Source of the DNA: Bdellovibrionales bacterium
Lineage (GTDB): Bacteria; Bdellovibrionota; Bdellovibrionia; Bdellovibrionales; UBA1609
Direction of reading: 5' to 3'
DNA length: 64,000 nucleotides
Assembly (NCBI GenBank): GCA_965116175.1
Contig: OZ220490.1
Location: 643,548 to 707,547 of the forward strand
Under the pieces are notes generated by a model that made no database searches, had not been told where the DNA came from, and saw only the letters and a list, made by a program, of their open reading frames with translations. Each line of letters starts with the position of its first letter. The stretch's first letter is position 1. Positions 1-9,920 of this stretch are shown piece after piece. A program made the translations under genes and the position numbers.

Positions 1-950
1 TGAGCGCCAACAGCTGATTCTACAAGGCGGCCCCAAAACTCTCTGTCCGACTGGGCGGAAGTGATATTTTGTCCTGAAAGAGCCGTCATCAAGGCTGTAT
101 TGAGAATCTGCATCTTTGGACTGGACCCTCGCCGCCTCGCTGTTGAACCGGCATATTTCTGCAAGCCGACAAGCATACCGGCCCCTTCAAGCAAATTAAG
201 ATAATGAGCTAATGTTGTGGCGTTACCTGCACCTTGAAGTTGACCCAACATTTTTGTATAAGAAAGTATTTGACCGGAATAAACACAACCTAATTCAAAA
301 AGCCGTCTCAAAAGAGCGGGTTTGTCCACACGAGAAAGCAATAGCACATCCCTTGCAATTGTTGTTTCTATAAGAGAGTTGCGAATATAACCTGACCAGC
401 GGCCCCAGTTTTTTATTAAAGGCGCAGCTCCTGGATAAGCTCCGTAAAACAGATATTGATCCAGTGTCCAGTTAAAAGCCTTCTTCATTTCAGAGAAACT
501 CCAGTGAGGCAAATGCAAAGTTTCAAATCTTCCAGCTAAACTTTCCATAAGACCTTGTCCCACAAGAAGAGGAGCTGATCCCAACAAAATAACTTTTAAT
601 GATCTTTTATGTCTTGAATCCTCATCCCAGAGTTTCTTGACCATTTCCGCCCAATTTGGAATTTTTTGAATTTCATCCAAAATTAAAAGAGCTTTTTTCT
701 GTTTTGATTCCTTAGTAAGTAGCCGTGCTGTATTCCACTGAGCTTCAATCCATTCAATATGACGAAGAGTTGGTTCATCGGCGCTAGCAAAGTGATAGGG
801 CTGTTTTAGTTTTGAAACAGTTTGTGTAACCAGAGTGGTTTTTCCCACCTGACGGGAACCGGTAACAACCTGAAGAAAACGGCGCGGCTCGTGCAAACGA
901 AGACGCAACTCTTTTGATTGAGGCCGGATAAATTTCAAATTATTCACCAT
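1..950 (-). CDS. AAA+ ATPase of the AAA_14/DUF4143 type (start in window, 3' end runs off the left edge)
   Basis: Manual minus-strand translation from ATG (rc of 948-950): MVNNLKFIRPQSKELRLRLHEPRRFLQVVTGSRQVGKTTLV... Walker A GSRQVGKTT and Walker B-like ALLILDEIQK. Frame stays open to position 1, so it is absent from the ORF track. Visibly more GC-rich than the rest of the window. Confidence 0.75.
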   Translation of the reverse strand, partial: MVNNLKFIRPQSKELRLRLHEPRRFLQVVTGSRQVGKTTLVTQTVSKLKQPYHFASADEPTLRHIEWIEAQWNTARLLTKESKQKKALLILDEIQKIPNWAEMVKKLWDEDSRHKRSLKVILLGSAPLLVGQGLMESLAGRFETLHLPHWSFSEMKKAFNWTLDQYLFYGAYPGAAPLIKNWGRWSGYIRNSLIETTIARDVLLLSRVDKPALLRRLFELGCVYSGQILSYTKMLGQLQGAGNATTLAHYLNLLEGAGMLVGLQKYAGSTARRRGSSPKMQILNTALMTALSGQNITSAQSDREFWGRLVESAVGA

Positions 951-984
951 ATTGAGTAATTTTACTCAATATATTGAGTAATTT
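949..984. promoter_or_regulatory. Operator-like dyad plus direct repeat abutting the ATPase start codon
   Basis: ATTGAGTAA-TT-TTACTCAAT is a perfect dyad with 9-bp arms (951-970). The 14-nt string ATATTGAGTAATTT occurs twice (949-962 and 971-984), 22 bp apart. Confidence 0.3.
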
Positions 985-1103
985 GCAATATATTTATGAA
1001 ATGCATGAAATAAGGCTTAACTTTATAATACAAAAACAAGCCAAAACTTTGTAAAGTTTCTAAAGGAGTTAATAGGTAGAGTTTCTTAGCTCATCCTTTA
1101 GAA

Positions 1104-1180
1104 TGGAGCGGGTGAAGGGATTCGAACCCTCGGCCTCAACCTTGGCAAGGTTGCGCTCTAGCCAGCTGAGCTACACCCGC
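1104..1180 (-). tRNA. tRNA-Gly (anticodon GCC), CCA encoded
   Basis: The rc reads GCGGGTG TA GCTC AGCTGGCTA GAGC G CAACC TTGCCAA GGTTG AGGCC GAGGG TTCGAAT CCCTT CACCCGC T CCA. This gives a full cloverleaf with anticodon loop TTGCCAA. Confidence 0.9.
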
Positions 1181-1229
1181 ATAGATAAGCCAAGATAACA
1201 TAATAAAAACAGCAAATAAAGTTTCTTTT

Positions 1230-1290
1230 TCTGGTAAAACCTAGCTTTTTTGTCTGGTAAAACCTAGCTTTTTATTCTGCTAAACCCAGA
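1230..1290. repeat. Tandem ~22-bp direct repeat (2 copies plus a degenerate third) upstream of tRNA-Gly
   Basis: TCTGGTAAAACCTAGCTTTTT occurs at 1230 and again at 1253, followed by the degenerate TTCTGCTAAACCCAG. Confidence 0.6.
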
Positions 1291-1439
1291 TTCCTTCTTA
1301 AATTTTGGAACAGCCTTATTTGTTAATAATATTCTTTGAATTTTAGAGCTTTGACAATATGCATAACATTTTAAATTAGACAAATGAAAAAAAAGTCCTC
1401 TAAAATAATACTGAACTTTGTTTAAGTTGGGAGGTTAGT

Positions 1440-1886
1440 ATGGATAAAAATATGATTCTAAAAGTTCTTGGCCTGAATATTGGGCCAAAATGGGAAGCGC
1501 AGTTTAGGGACTGGGCCTATACAGCTATGAGAGTTACAGTTGCTCTCATCATGTTGTTTTCTCATGGTCTTGGGAAGCTTTTAGGTTTTTCTGAAATAGC
1601 CCCCCATTTTCCAAATCCTCTTGGCTTAGGCTCCACCTTAAGTCTCGCTCTTGTTACAGGAGCAGAGTTTTTTGGCTCTATATTGCTTGCTCTAGGCCTC
1701 CTAACAAGATGGTCTGCTTTCAGTCTCTTTTTTACAATGATGGTGGCCGCTTTTATCACACACCTATCAGATCCATTTAAAGACAAAGAGTTAGCCATTT
1801 TATACGGCTTGTTTTTTCTATTGTTCACAATAGTTGGCGGGGGAAAATACAGTTTGGATGCTGTTTTAAAAAATAAACTTAAATAA
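1440..1886 (+). CDS. DoxX family membrane protein
   Basis: 148 aa with four hydrophobic segments and a DoxX-like N-terminal pattern (RVTVALIMLFSHGLGKLLGF). Confidence 0.75.
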   Translation: MDKNMILKVLGLNIGPKWEAQFRDWAYTAMRVTVALIMLFSHGLGKLLGFSEIAPHFPNPLGLGSTLSLALVTGAEFFGSILLALGLLTRWSAFSLFFTMMVAAFITHLSDPFKDKELAILYGLFFLLFTIVGGGKYSLDAVLKNKLK

Positions 1887-1980
1887 TTTGAGCTGATTCT
1901 TTCTCCACACTGCAGAAACTTTATTTGAATCAATAGGGTTGATTACAAAATTATGTAAAATAAAGCTCAAAATGAGTCTT

Positions 1981-3387
1981 TCAAAAATGACGGTTCTTTA
2001 ATAAAGATATTACAATTTCATCAAAAAGATCTTGAGCCTTATTGCTTTTTCCAGCCCTGCCGTTAAAGATAAAAACAAATGCATAGTTCTCCTTCTTATC
2101 AGGCGCGCCGGCTAAACCAGCCAATCCCAATACACCATGAAGAGAACCTGTTTTTGCCCTTACAAAAACAGAAGGGGAATCTTTAAATCGGTTTTTTAAA
2201 GTGCCTTTTCCCCCCGCCAAAGGATAGGAAGACAGCATTTCTGAACTATAAAAATGTTTACGAGAGTTAATTAAAATCTTCTGCAAATCTTTTGGAGAGA
2301 ATTTATTTTTTCGGCTAAGGCCTGAGGGCTCTTCAAAACGAAATTTTTTTATTCCTTCCTTCTGCTGTAAATAAGATTCAACCCATTTCATGCCCTGTTT
2401 AAGATTTCCTCTTGTTTCCCCTTTTAACAAAGGGAGATGACTAACAAGCATTCGCGCCACAAAATTACTGGAATATTTCATCAGATTGTAAGTGTGAAAA
2501 GCCAGAGGGCGGCTCTCCCATTCCGCCAAAACCTTACAAGAGCCAAAGCATCTCCCCCTTTTTACTTGGCCTGAAACCTCTATCCCTCTCTGGTTTAAAA
2601 AGGAAACAATATTCCATCCCAGCCATAAAGCCGGCTGAAAAACATTTCTGTATTTCACAATTTCATCTTTGTTAATGTCTATCTCGCCTCTTAACTCAAA
2701 AACCTCTTTGCTGGATGAAAAGGATTTTTTCTTAATACCAATTTTATTTTTCCTTCCCGTTTTAACTTTGTTAATGACTTTAATATAAGAATTATCAGGA
2801 TCTATAAAAACAAGAGCCGGCTTTTTTAAAACTCCAGCAGGGCGAATATTAAAAGCTACAGAGTTCCAATTAAAAGAACTCGCGCTTGCAGGGGCATGAT
2901 AGCTTCTTTCCGAATAGGGAAGAGTCGGCTCTTTTTCATACAAGCTGTCATCCACAAGAATATTTCCTTTAATCTCTTTTATGTTTAAACGGGTCAAAAT
3001 ATTCACTAAATTCCATAAGCTCTCCGATGTGAAACTGGAATCCCCTCCTCCCTTTAAAACCAAATCCCCCTGCAAAACACCATTGTTTATAGAAGACGAG
3101 GAAATAAAAGAGGTTTTAAAAGTGTGAGAAGGGGAGTAATAATTATATACAGCGGATAAAGCAGCTATTTTTACCAAAGAGGCTGGGATAAAAAGATCAT
3201 CCCCATTAAGATTGTAAAGAGAAATAACTTTGTTGTCAGGTTGAATTTTAGATATAGCCAGCCCCAGAGAGGATTCTCTTAACCCTTTAACTTTTATACT
3301 CTTCTTAATCTGGTTTGCCAAATCATCTTGAGCATAGCTTAAAGGCAAAAAAGAAATGCAAAAAATAAAAAAGAGATTTTTTATCAT
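1981..3387 (-). CDS. dacB: D-alanyl-D-alanine carboxypeptidase/endopeptidase (PBP4, peptidase S13)
   Basis: Signal peptide, SxxK (PASLVKI), SxN (YSSNFV) and KTG (AKTGSL) motifs. Size is 468 aa. Confidence 0.85.
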   Translation of the reverse strand: MIKNLFFIFCISFLPLSYAQDDLANQIKKSIKVKGLRESSLGLAISKIQPDNKVISLYNLNGDDLFIPASLVKIAALSAVYNYYSPSHTFKTSFISSSSINNGVLQGDLVLKGGGDSSFTSESLWNLVNILTRLNIKEIKGNILVDDSLYEKEPTLPYSERSYHAPASASSFNWNSVAFNIRPAGVLKKPALVFIDPDNSYIKVINKVKTGRKNKIGIKKKSFSSSKEVFELRGEIDINKDEIVKYRNVFQPALWLGWNIVSFLNQRGIEVSGQVKRGRCFGSCKVLAEWESRPLAFHTYNLMKYSSNFVARMLVSHLPLLKGETRGNLKQGMKWVESYLQQKEGIKKFRFEEPSGLSRKNKFSPKDLQKILINSRKHFYSSEMLSSYPLAGGKGTLKNRFKDSPSVFVRAKTGSLHGVLGLAGLAGAPDKKENYAFVFIFNGRAGKSNKAQDLFDEIVISLLKNRHF

Positions 3388-3395
3388 AAATTCAT

Positions 3396-4301
3396 CTAAA
3401 ATTTAATTTTTAAAGCAGCTTTACTGCCCTGAATATCAAGTTCCGCCGGTGTTTGAAAAGGCAAAGGGTGGTGAGGTTGTTTATGGCCGCAAGGCAATCC
3501 AAAAATCATAGGAATATTGCAAACATCAGAAAAACTTTTTAAAACTCGGGTTTTTAAAGAATTATTATTTAAAGGAAAAAAACTGCCAAAAAGAATCGCC
3601 CGAACACCCTCTAAAGCTCCTGAGTAAAATAGATGGTGCAAAAGCCTATCCAGCTTATAATCCTCTTCATTAACATCCTCTATAAATAGGAAATGAGATT
3701 TAAAACTTGGAAACCAAGAAAGCCCTACACAGCTTGACAGAAGGCTGAGATTGCCCCCTGTAATACGAGCCTTTAACTTTTTTTTAGGATGTTTTCCAAA
3801 CACTTTCAAGTTGTTAAAACTTATTTTTTTCAACCCAAATAAAACATTTTTTAAAAGAGAAAACTCTGCTTTAGATAAATCTGGCAACTCAGAAACAAGA
3901 GGAGCATGAACTGTCTTTTGATTTTTGCTGTTAAGATAAACATGCAAAGGGCTGCCATCACTATAGCCAATAAAAAGTTTTTTAGTTGTTTTAGAATAAT
4001 TTTGGACAAAAAAAGGCATAAGTTTTTGCAGCCCATAGCCCCCTCTCAACATCCATACGGCTGAAGAATCTTTGCTTAAAAAAGCTTGATTCAAAAACTG
4101 AGATCTCTCCTTATTTTTGTTGGCATGAAACAGCCAAGGAGCAATAGCTCCTTTTGCCAGCCTTGGCTTTAAACCCCAATTCTGTAAAATCCTAATCCCT
4201 CTTTTCCAACGATTGTTTTTAGGAAAAGATGAAGGGGCTATAATATCAACAATGTCACTCTGTTTAAGCTTCATTAAGGACAAATATAGCTTTGATGGCA
4301 A
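3396..4301 (-). CDS. ldcA: LD-carboxypeptidase (peptidase S66, muramoyltetrapeptide carboxypeptidase-like)
   Basis: IIAPSS start, nucleophile region GYSDGS, acidic FIEDVNE and C-terminal LPCGH motif. Size is 301 aa. Confidence 0.8.
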   Translation of the reverse strand: MPSKLYLSLMKLKQSDIVDIIAPSSFPKNNRWKRGIRILQNWGLKPRLAKGAIAPWLFHANKNKERSQFLNQAFLSKDSSAVWMLRGGYGLQKLMPFFVQNYSKTTKKLFIGYSDGSPLHVYLNSKNQKTVHAPLVSELPDLSKAEFSLLKNVLFGLKKISFNNLKVFGKHPKKKLKARITGGNLSLLSSCVGLSWFPSFKSHFLFIEDVNEEDYKLDRLLHHLFYSGALEGVRAILFGSFFPLNNNSLKTRVLKSFSDVCNIPMIFGLPCGHKQPHHPLPFQTPAELDIQGSKAALKIKF

Positions 4302-4330
4302 ATCAAATCAATGCCTGAAATGGATATAAA

Positions 4331-4540
4331 GTGCAGCGGTTAATATAGGATCTGACAGGACCCGTGTTTGCTGTCCGTTTTTCTATTTGCCTGTCTTAAT
4401 CTTAAATGTTTCGACTCCCTTAAAGTAAGTAAATTTTCTATCATTTTTCCATTCTGATTTTATATGCCTGTAAAGCTTTAAGACTTTCCTTTCATGGTAT
4501 TCCGTCCATTTCATTCTATTATTCATAAACCCTCCCATGA
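4331..4540. mobile_element. Degraded IS481-family left end (terminal repeat plus decayed 3' end of a transposase gene)
   Basis: GGTTAATATAGGATCTGACAGGACCCGTGT...TGTCCGTTTTTCTATTTGCCTGTC aligns by eye with the left end of the intact IS (7990-8060: AGTTAAGATATGATCTGACAGTTACCCGTGT...TGTCCGTTTTTTTATTTATCTGTCC). Similarity continues further in (CCCTTAAAGT vs CCTTTAAAGT; CGTCCATTTCAT vs CGTCCGCTCAT). No intact ORF. Confidence 0.55.
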
Positions 4541-4841
4541 GAAAGCTATTGTCAATCAAAAGACAAAGCTATTTCTTCATCTCTATTTGTTTAGCTGCAC
4601 CTATTATCTGAGTGTAAAATTTTATATTAAAGGGATTAGGCTTAAGTTGTCATGAACCTAAACTAATAACTATTAAGATCTTTTATGTGTTTTATGAAAA
4701 AAATTATCAAATTGCTTATTTTTTATACAAAATCTTCTATAAAAACCAATATTTTCATAAAAAAATTTCAATATTTGTATTATTAAATCCTTTTAAGTGT
4801 TATTTAAAAAGCCTTAAAAAAATGTAAGGAGGGTATCAGTT

Positions 4842-7800
4842 GTGAGTAAATTTTATTTTATATGTCTAATTGTTTCAGGCTTGTTTTTAAGCTCCTGTTG
4901 GCCAAGTGGAAGGAACACTGATTCTGATGATCATTTAATAGATCAAATTAGCAAGGGAAACAATGGAGAGTTAAGCAGTGAAGCGAAAGATTTTATTGCT
5001 AGGAAGTGTATTAAAAGAAATCATCATTTTGCTGATGGACAGACAGATAATCTTTATGGCAGAGAATGTATTGAAGGAAAACATCTTGTTATTAAAACCA
5101 ATAATGATGGGGAGCTTATAACTACAACGGCTTCTATAAATTTTTTAAATCTGGAAAAAGGAGTTGATTTTATAAATCGATTTTATAACCCAAGCTATGA
5201 AATTGTCCAAGGGGGAGATGATTGGATTCCTTTTTTAAAAGATTTTCTCCCTGCGGGTGATCAACTGGCTTCAGCTAGGAATTTTTTTGGCTCCAGAAAC
5301 ACAGAGTATCGTATAATTTTTCAAACTTTAGGAAATTATCTAATCTTAAATAAAGCTTCAAAAAATCTTGATGATATTCCTTATATTGAAAGAACAGCAA
5401 TGGAAAAAAATAAAGATGGGGACTATAAGAAAACAGAAGATGGCTATTTTATGGTTCCTTTTTTGGGTTATTCTATTAAATATTGCAGTCCTGATGTTAT
5501 AGAGAGTAGAGGACAAAGAACTTATGAATACCGGGCAAAATGTGATCCAGCGGATTCAAAGGAGAGAGCGGAGTATCTTCAGGTTGTTAAAGGACAGCAG
5601 GTATCTTTTGCCTATGTCCCTGAAAAAAAGGATTTATTTCCCTCAGAGTATTTTGACGGGGAGTGGTTTTTTTCTGAAGGCGATATTGAAACCTCTGACC
5701 GAACAGGAGAACTATCTCCTTTTTCTGCCACTCTTATAGAATTTGAAAAAACATCAAACTCTCTGGATTTTATTGATGTCAGTGGAAATGTGGAAAGACG
5801 CAATCAGAAGGTTCAAAATACGAACCTTCCTGTAATTTGGCAAAAGTATGAAATGAATACTGCGCAGGGAGGTATTTTTAAAGAATTTGGAGAAAGGTTA
5901 TCTAGTGATCATATTTTAATACAAAGCCCTTATCTAAGAATCAATTTTGAAGCTTTGTTGAAAAATGAAAAAGGCGATATTGAAGATTTTTTAATTGGCA
6001 AGGATTATTTTTCTATCACTATGAGGAGGCAGCGTGGAGACAAGAGAGGAAAGTATAAAATGTCCTTTTTGAGGAAATCGGCTTTAGATGACAAGGGTTT
6101 TGTTCCAAGACGCTGGTTTCAAAATGATGATGATCGTTACTATGGAATACTTTTTTCAAGACCCCAAGATGAAAAAAAAGAGGCAGAGTTTTCAAAAGAT
6201 CAAAAGCAAGCCAATCGCCGGATGATTCGTTTTAATATTAACAGTCAAAATACCATTAAATGGCACTTTTCAAAAAACTCTTCTAAAGATCCTGATTACC
6301 GCGCTTTAGCCAGAGAGGCTGTTAAAATTTATGATAGGGCTTTTCAGATTATTACAGCAGGAACAGGAAGGACTGTAAGGGTAGAGTTGATAGAGGGTGA
6401 AGATCAGGAAAAAGATTTAGGAGATATTCGTTATAATCTTATTAACCTCGTTAAAACAGAGGATTTGACTGGTGGAATGGTTGGTCTTTTTGGCGCAGCT
6501 CCTCCTTATGTCAACCCAGATACAGGTCAGATTATTGGGGTAACAGCCAATATTTTTCTACAGAATATTTTAGAGCATACTCAGCGGGTTTTGAGACACT
6601 ATATGATGTATGAAATTTATCAGAAAGATACAAGGTCAGAAGAGGAAAATAAAATTCATGTTGTAGGCGCTTATTTAAAAAATAAAATTGAAAATGAAAA
6701 AAAGTGCTCTGATTTAAAGAGTTTTATAAAAAACAAGAATGAAGAAATAATGAGTGGACGGATAAAAGAGCCTCACCGCCGCAATTTAATGGAAGAACAG
6801 GAAAAACAAGGATTTCTTGATTGTGCAAAAGCAATTTCCAAAAACGAAGTTTTAAAAACCATTCTTCATGAACTGGGGCATAACTTTGGTTTGAGTCATA
6901 ATTTTAAATGCTCCTACGATTCAGCTAATTATTATGAAAGTATAGAAGAAGTTAAGAAATATTTTCCAAATGCGATACTAGATTCTAAAATCGCAGCGCC
7001 GGCAAGCGCCTGTATAATGGATTATCTTCCTATTTTAAATGCTCCGGCCATGACAGTTATTGGGAAGTATGATCTAGCGGCTTTAAAATTTCTTTATATG
7101 GATCAAATTGCAACAGGGGATATGGGAGATGATTTGATAATCCCTAGTATAGATTTGGAAATTTCTGAAGATCCCACTGATCAGAAAGATCTTGAAGATC
7201 AGAAAGTTCTGTCTCAAAGGAAGGTTTATTTGCATTGTCCGGATTACCTTGAGCCAAAAGGAGAAAATTTCTTTTGTCGGAAAGAAGATTATGGAAGTGC
7301 TCCTTTGGAATTAGCTGAGTATTATATTGAAAAATTCAAGCAGAATTTGCAGTCAATGAGATATGTGTATGATTCTTCTGCTTCAGAGATTCTTGGATTG
7401 ATGAATGTTCCTAATGATGAAAGAGGACAATTATATATGGCTCAATATATTTTAAATACACTACATCCTATATCAGAGATATATTTTCGTTGGATGCAGA
7501 TAAGAGATAGATATTTATCTTCGTTATCAAAATCTCATTTGAGCCACTATATTATACCTGTATCCGGAGAGGATGATCAGCCTATAAAGCGTTATGAAGC
7601 CGCTATTGACCAGCCGCCAGAGAATGAGCCAGATTCAGTAAGGGACGAGTATATAAGTTTTCACTCCATACGAGAGTCCATTAATGATTTTATGCTGGAT
7701 CTTGTATTGCCTGAGCGAGATTCTCTTATATTTTTTGCCCTTCAGGCTATGAAATGTCGTATTAAAGATAAAGATGGAAATGAAACTTTTGTTGATTTTA

Positions 7801-7984
7801 ATTTTATAAGAGAACAGACAACTTTTAGATATCAAGAAAAGCTTTATGCGCCCAATTGTCGTTCTGCAATGGTAACTGAACTTCTTAAAAGTCATGGATT
7901 AGAGGTCATTGGCCAAAAAGGTCTAGAAGATTTTGATTCTTATTATTCAGCAGAAAGAGCTGAAAATAGGCATGGACAATTATG
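4842..7984 (+). pseudogene. Zinc metalloprotease lipoprotein (metzincin motif, DUF4953-like), 5' part, interrupted by IS
   Basis: GTG start 8 nt after AAGGAGGG. Lipobox LFLSSC. HELGHNFGLSH (HEXXHXXGXXH) at 6867-6899 and downstream ACIMDY. The ORF-track stop at 8003 lies inside IS sequence. Confidence 0.8.
7978..7984. repeat. Target-site duplication AATTATG (left copy)
   Basis: An identical 7-mer directly flanks both IS termini. Confidence 0.85.
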
Positions 7985-9183
7985 TGTACTAGTTAAGATA
8001 TGATCTGACAGTTACCCGTGTCAGTTATCTCCTAATTGTCCGTTTTTTTATTTATCTGTCCTACCTTTTCATCCCACAAATACTTTGCTTCCTTTAAAGT
8101 TTGTATTGGGGTTCTGCCATTACACATCTTCCCCTGATGCGTCCGCTCATAATTATACTTATACAACCACTCGTCAAGATCTTTTTGCAAAGTTTCTATA
8201 TTAGTATAAATCTTCTTTCTAAATGTCACTTGATAAAACTCCTGTAAAATGGTTTTGTGAAACCTCTCACATATCCCATTCGTCTGAGGATGACGAGCCT
8301 TTGTCTTCGTATGGTCAATATCATTCAAAGCTAAATAAAGCTCATAGTCATGACTATCTGGCTTCCCACAAAACTCCGTCCCCCTGTCTGTTAAAATCCT
8401 CAAAATCCCTAAACCCTCCTGCTCGTAAAAAGGCAACACTCTATCATTTAATAAATCTGCTGCTGTAATCGGCGTCTTCATCTTATAGAGCTTACAATGA
8501 GCTATCTTCGTATAAGTATCTACATAGGTCTGTTGATACACTCGTCCCACTCCTTTTAAGGTCCCAACATAAAAAGTATCCTGACTCCCAAGATACCCCG
8601 GATGTTCTGTCTCTATCTCTCCATGAGCTATACGGCTTTGCTGAAAACGCTCTACAGCTTGTATTTGACTCTCTGTAAGAACTCCCCCAGACTTAGCTAC
8701 TTTTTCCTCTACATATTTCAACCTCTTGTTTATCGTTTCTAAATCATGTCTTAGCCAAACACATCTCACTCCACAAGGGGATATCTTCATACCTTTCTTA
8801 GCCAGCTCATTTTTAATACGGACTTGACCATAAGCAGGATATTCAAAAGATAAACTAAGAATCTCCTCTTCTATAGCTTCATCAATACGATTCCTCATAT
8901 TTGGCTTTCTTTTGGAAGTCTCTAAAAGAGCCTCAACACCTCCTTGCTCAAAAGCCATTTTATACCTGTAAAATGTATCTCTTGAAAAGCCCATTACCTT
9001 ACAGGCTCTTGACACATTACCGAGTTGTTCTGCTAAATTCAGCAAACCAACTTTATTTCTTATGATTTTTCTGTTAGTTTCTATCATGGGTTACCTCCTT
9101 TATGTTTTGATAGACTACATCTTTATCAAAACGGGTAACCCTGATCTTTTCAAACAGTGTCAGATCATGTCGTAACTAGTACA
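7985..9183 (-). mobile_element. Intact IS481-family insertion sequence (1,199 bp)
   Basis: Terminal inverted repeats are TGTACTAGTTAAGATATGATCTGACAG (left) and rc TGTACTAGTTACGACATGATCTGACAC (right). It carries a single DDE transposase ORF and is flanked by 7-bp direct repeats. Confidence 0.9.
8032..9087 (-). CDS. IS481-family DDE transposase (HTH plus rve integrase core)
   Basis: 351 aa. N-terminal HTH (LGNVSRACKVMGFSRDTFYRY). DDE residues sit in SQDTFYV, LTDRGTEF and NGICERFHKT. RBS AAGGAGGT lies upstream of the ATG. Confidence 0.9.
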   Translation of the reverse strand: MIETNRKIIRNKVGLLNLAEQLGNVSRACKVMGFSRDTFYRYKMAFEQGGVEALLETSKRKPNMRNRIDEAIEEEILSLSFEYPAYGQVRIKNELAKKGMKISPCGVRCVWLRHDLETINKRLKYVEEKVAKSGGVLTESQIQAVERFQQSRIAHGEIETEHPGYLGSQDTFYVGTLKGVGRVYQQTYVDTYTKIAHCKLYKMKTPITAADLLNDRVLPFYEQEGLGILRILTDRGTEFCGKPDSHDYELYLALNDIDHTKTKARHPQTNGICERFHKTILQEFYQVTFRKKIYTNIETLQKDLDEWLYKYNYERTHQGKMCNGRTPIQTLKEAKYLWDEKVGQINKKTDN

Positions 9184-9190
9184 AATTATG
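9184..9190. repeat. Target-site duplication AATTATG (right copy)
   Basis: An identical 7-mer directly flanks both IS termini. Confidence 0.85.
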
Positions 9191-9920
9191 GGATGTTGTC
9201 CCTTTTAAAAATATAGTTGATAGAATTAATAACCCCATATATGGAATTTTCAAAAAAACCCCGAAGCCTAATTTTTTTGATAGTCCTAATTTTTTTGACA
9301 GCTTTAGAAAGAGGTTTGAAAAGCGTCTTTTAAAGGATGGGCCTCATTCTAAAAGTGATCTTGAATTTATGAAAAGAATGCATAAACAAGTTGGAGATAT
9401 AATGAGAAAATTATTAGGTGAATCAGATAGCACTAAAGCAATTTTCAATCACAACAAAAACTATTTAACAGCTAAGTTGTATCTTTTAGGAACAGGAGAC
9501 CGTTCTTTTAACGCTCTTATTGAAAAAAAAATGGAAGGTGAGAGTCGTAAAAATATTATTCATCCTTTTCTACAAGAAGAATATGATAAATATGAGAATT
9601 ATGAGGATTTAGCTGATGAAGAAAGGCCAGAAGGGTTTAAAAATCACAAGCCTTCCCGTTTTGAAGATTATGTTATTGCTTTGGATACAACAATGGTAAT
9701 ACTGAAGGCGAATGTGCTTGTAACTCCTTACCAAAGAGACAGCTTTGCTTTGAAATTGATTAAGGAATATAATAAAAATGAAAAGGAAATTACAAAACTC
9801 AAACAACAATTGGACAGTGGAGAAAACTTATCTTTTCTACAGAGAGCGGATTTAAAAAGAAGAGAAGACCTCAATCAAGCTTTAAGAGGTATAATGAATG
9901 TTTGGCAAGAGTTTTACTAA
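9191..9920 (+). pseudogene. Zinc metalloprotease lipoprotein, 3' part (same frame as 4842-7984 once the IS and one TSD copy are removed)
   Basis: The frame from 9192 is open through the ORF-track ORF 9369-9920; (9369-9192) is divisible by 3 and no stop intervenes. Confidence 0.8.

Noticed and set aside
1562-1933. 123-aa ORF antisense to doxX
   Set aside because: It is entirely embedded opposite a well-supported membrane-protein gene and has no motif or RBS.
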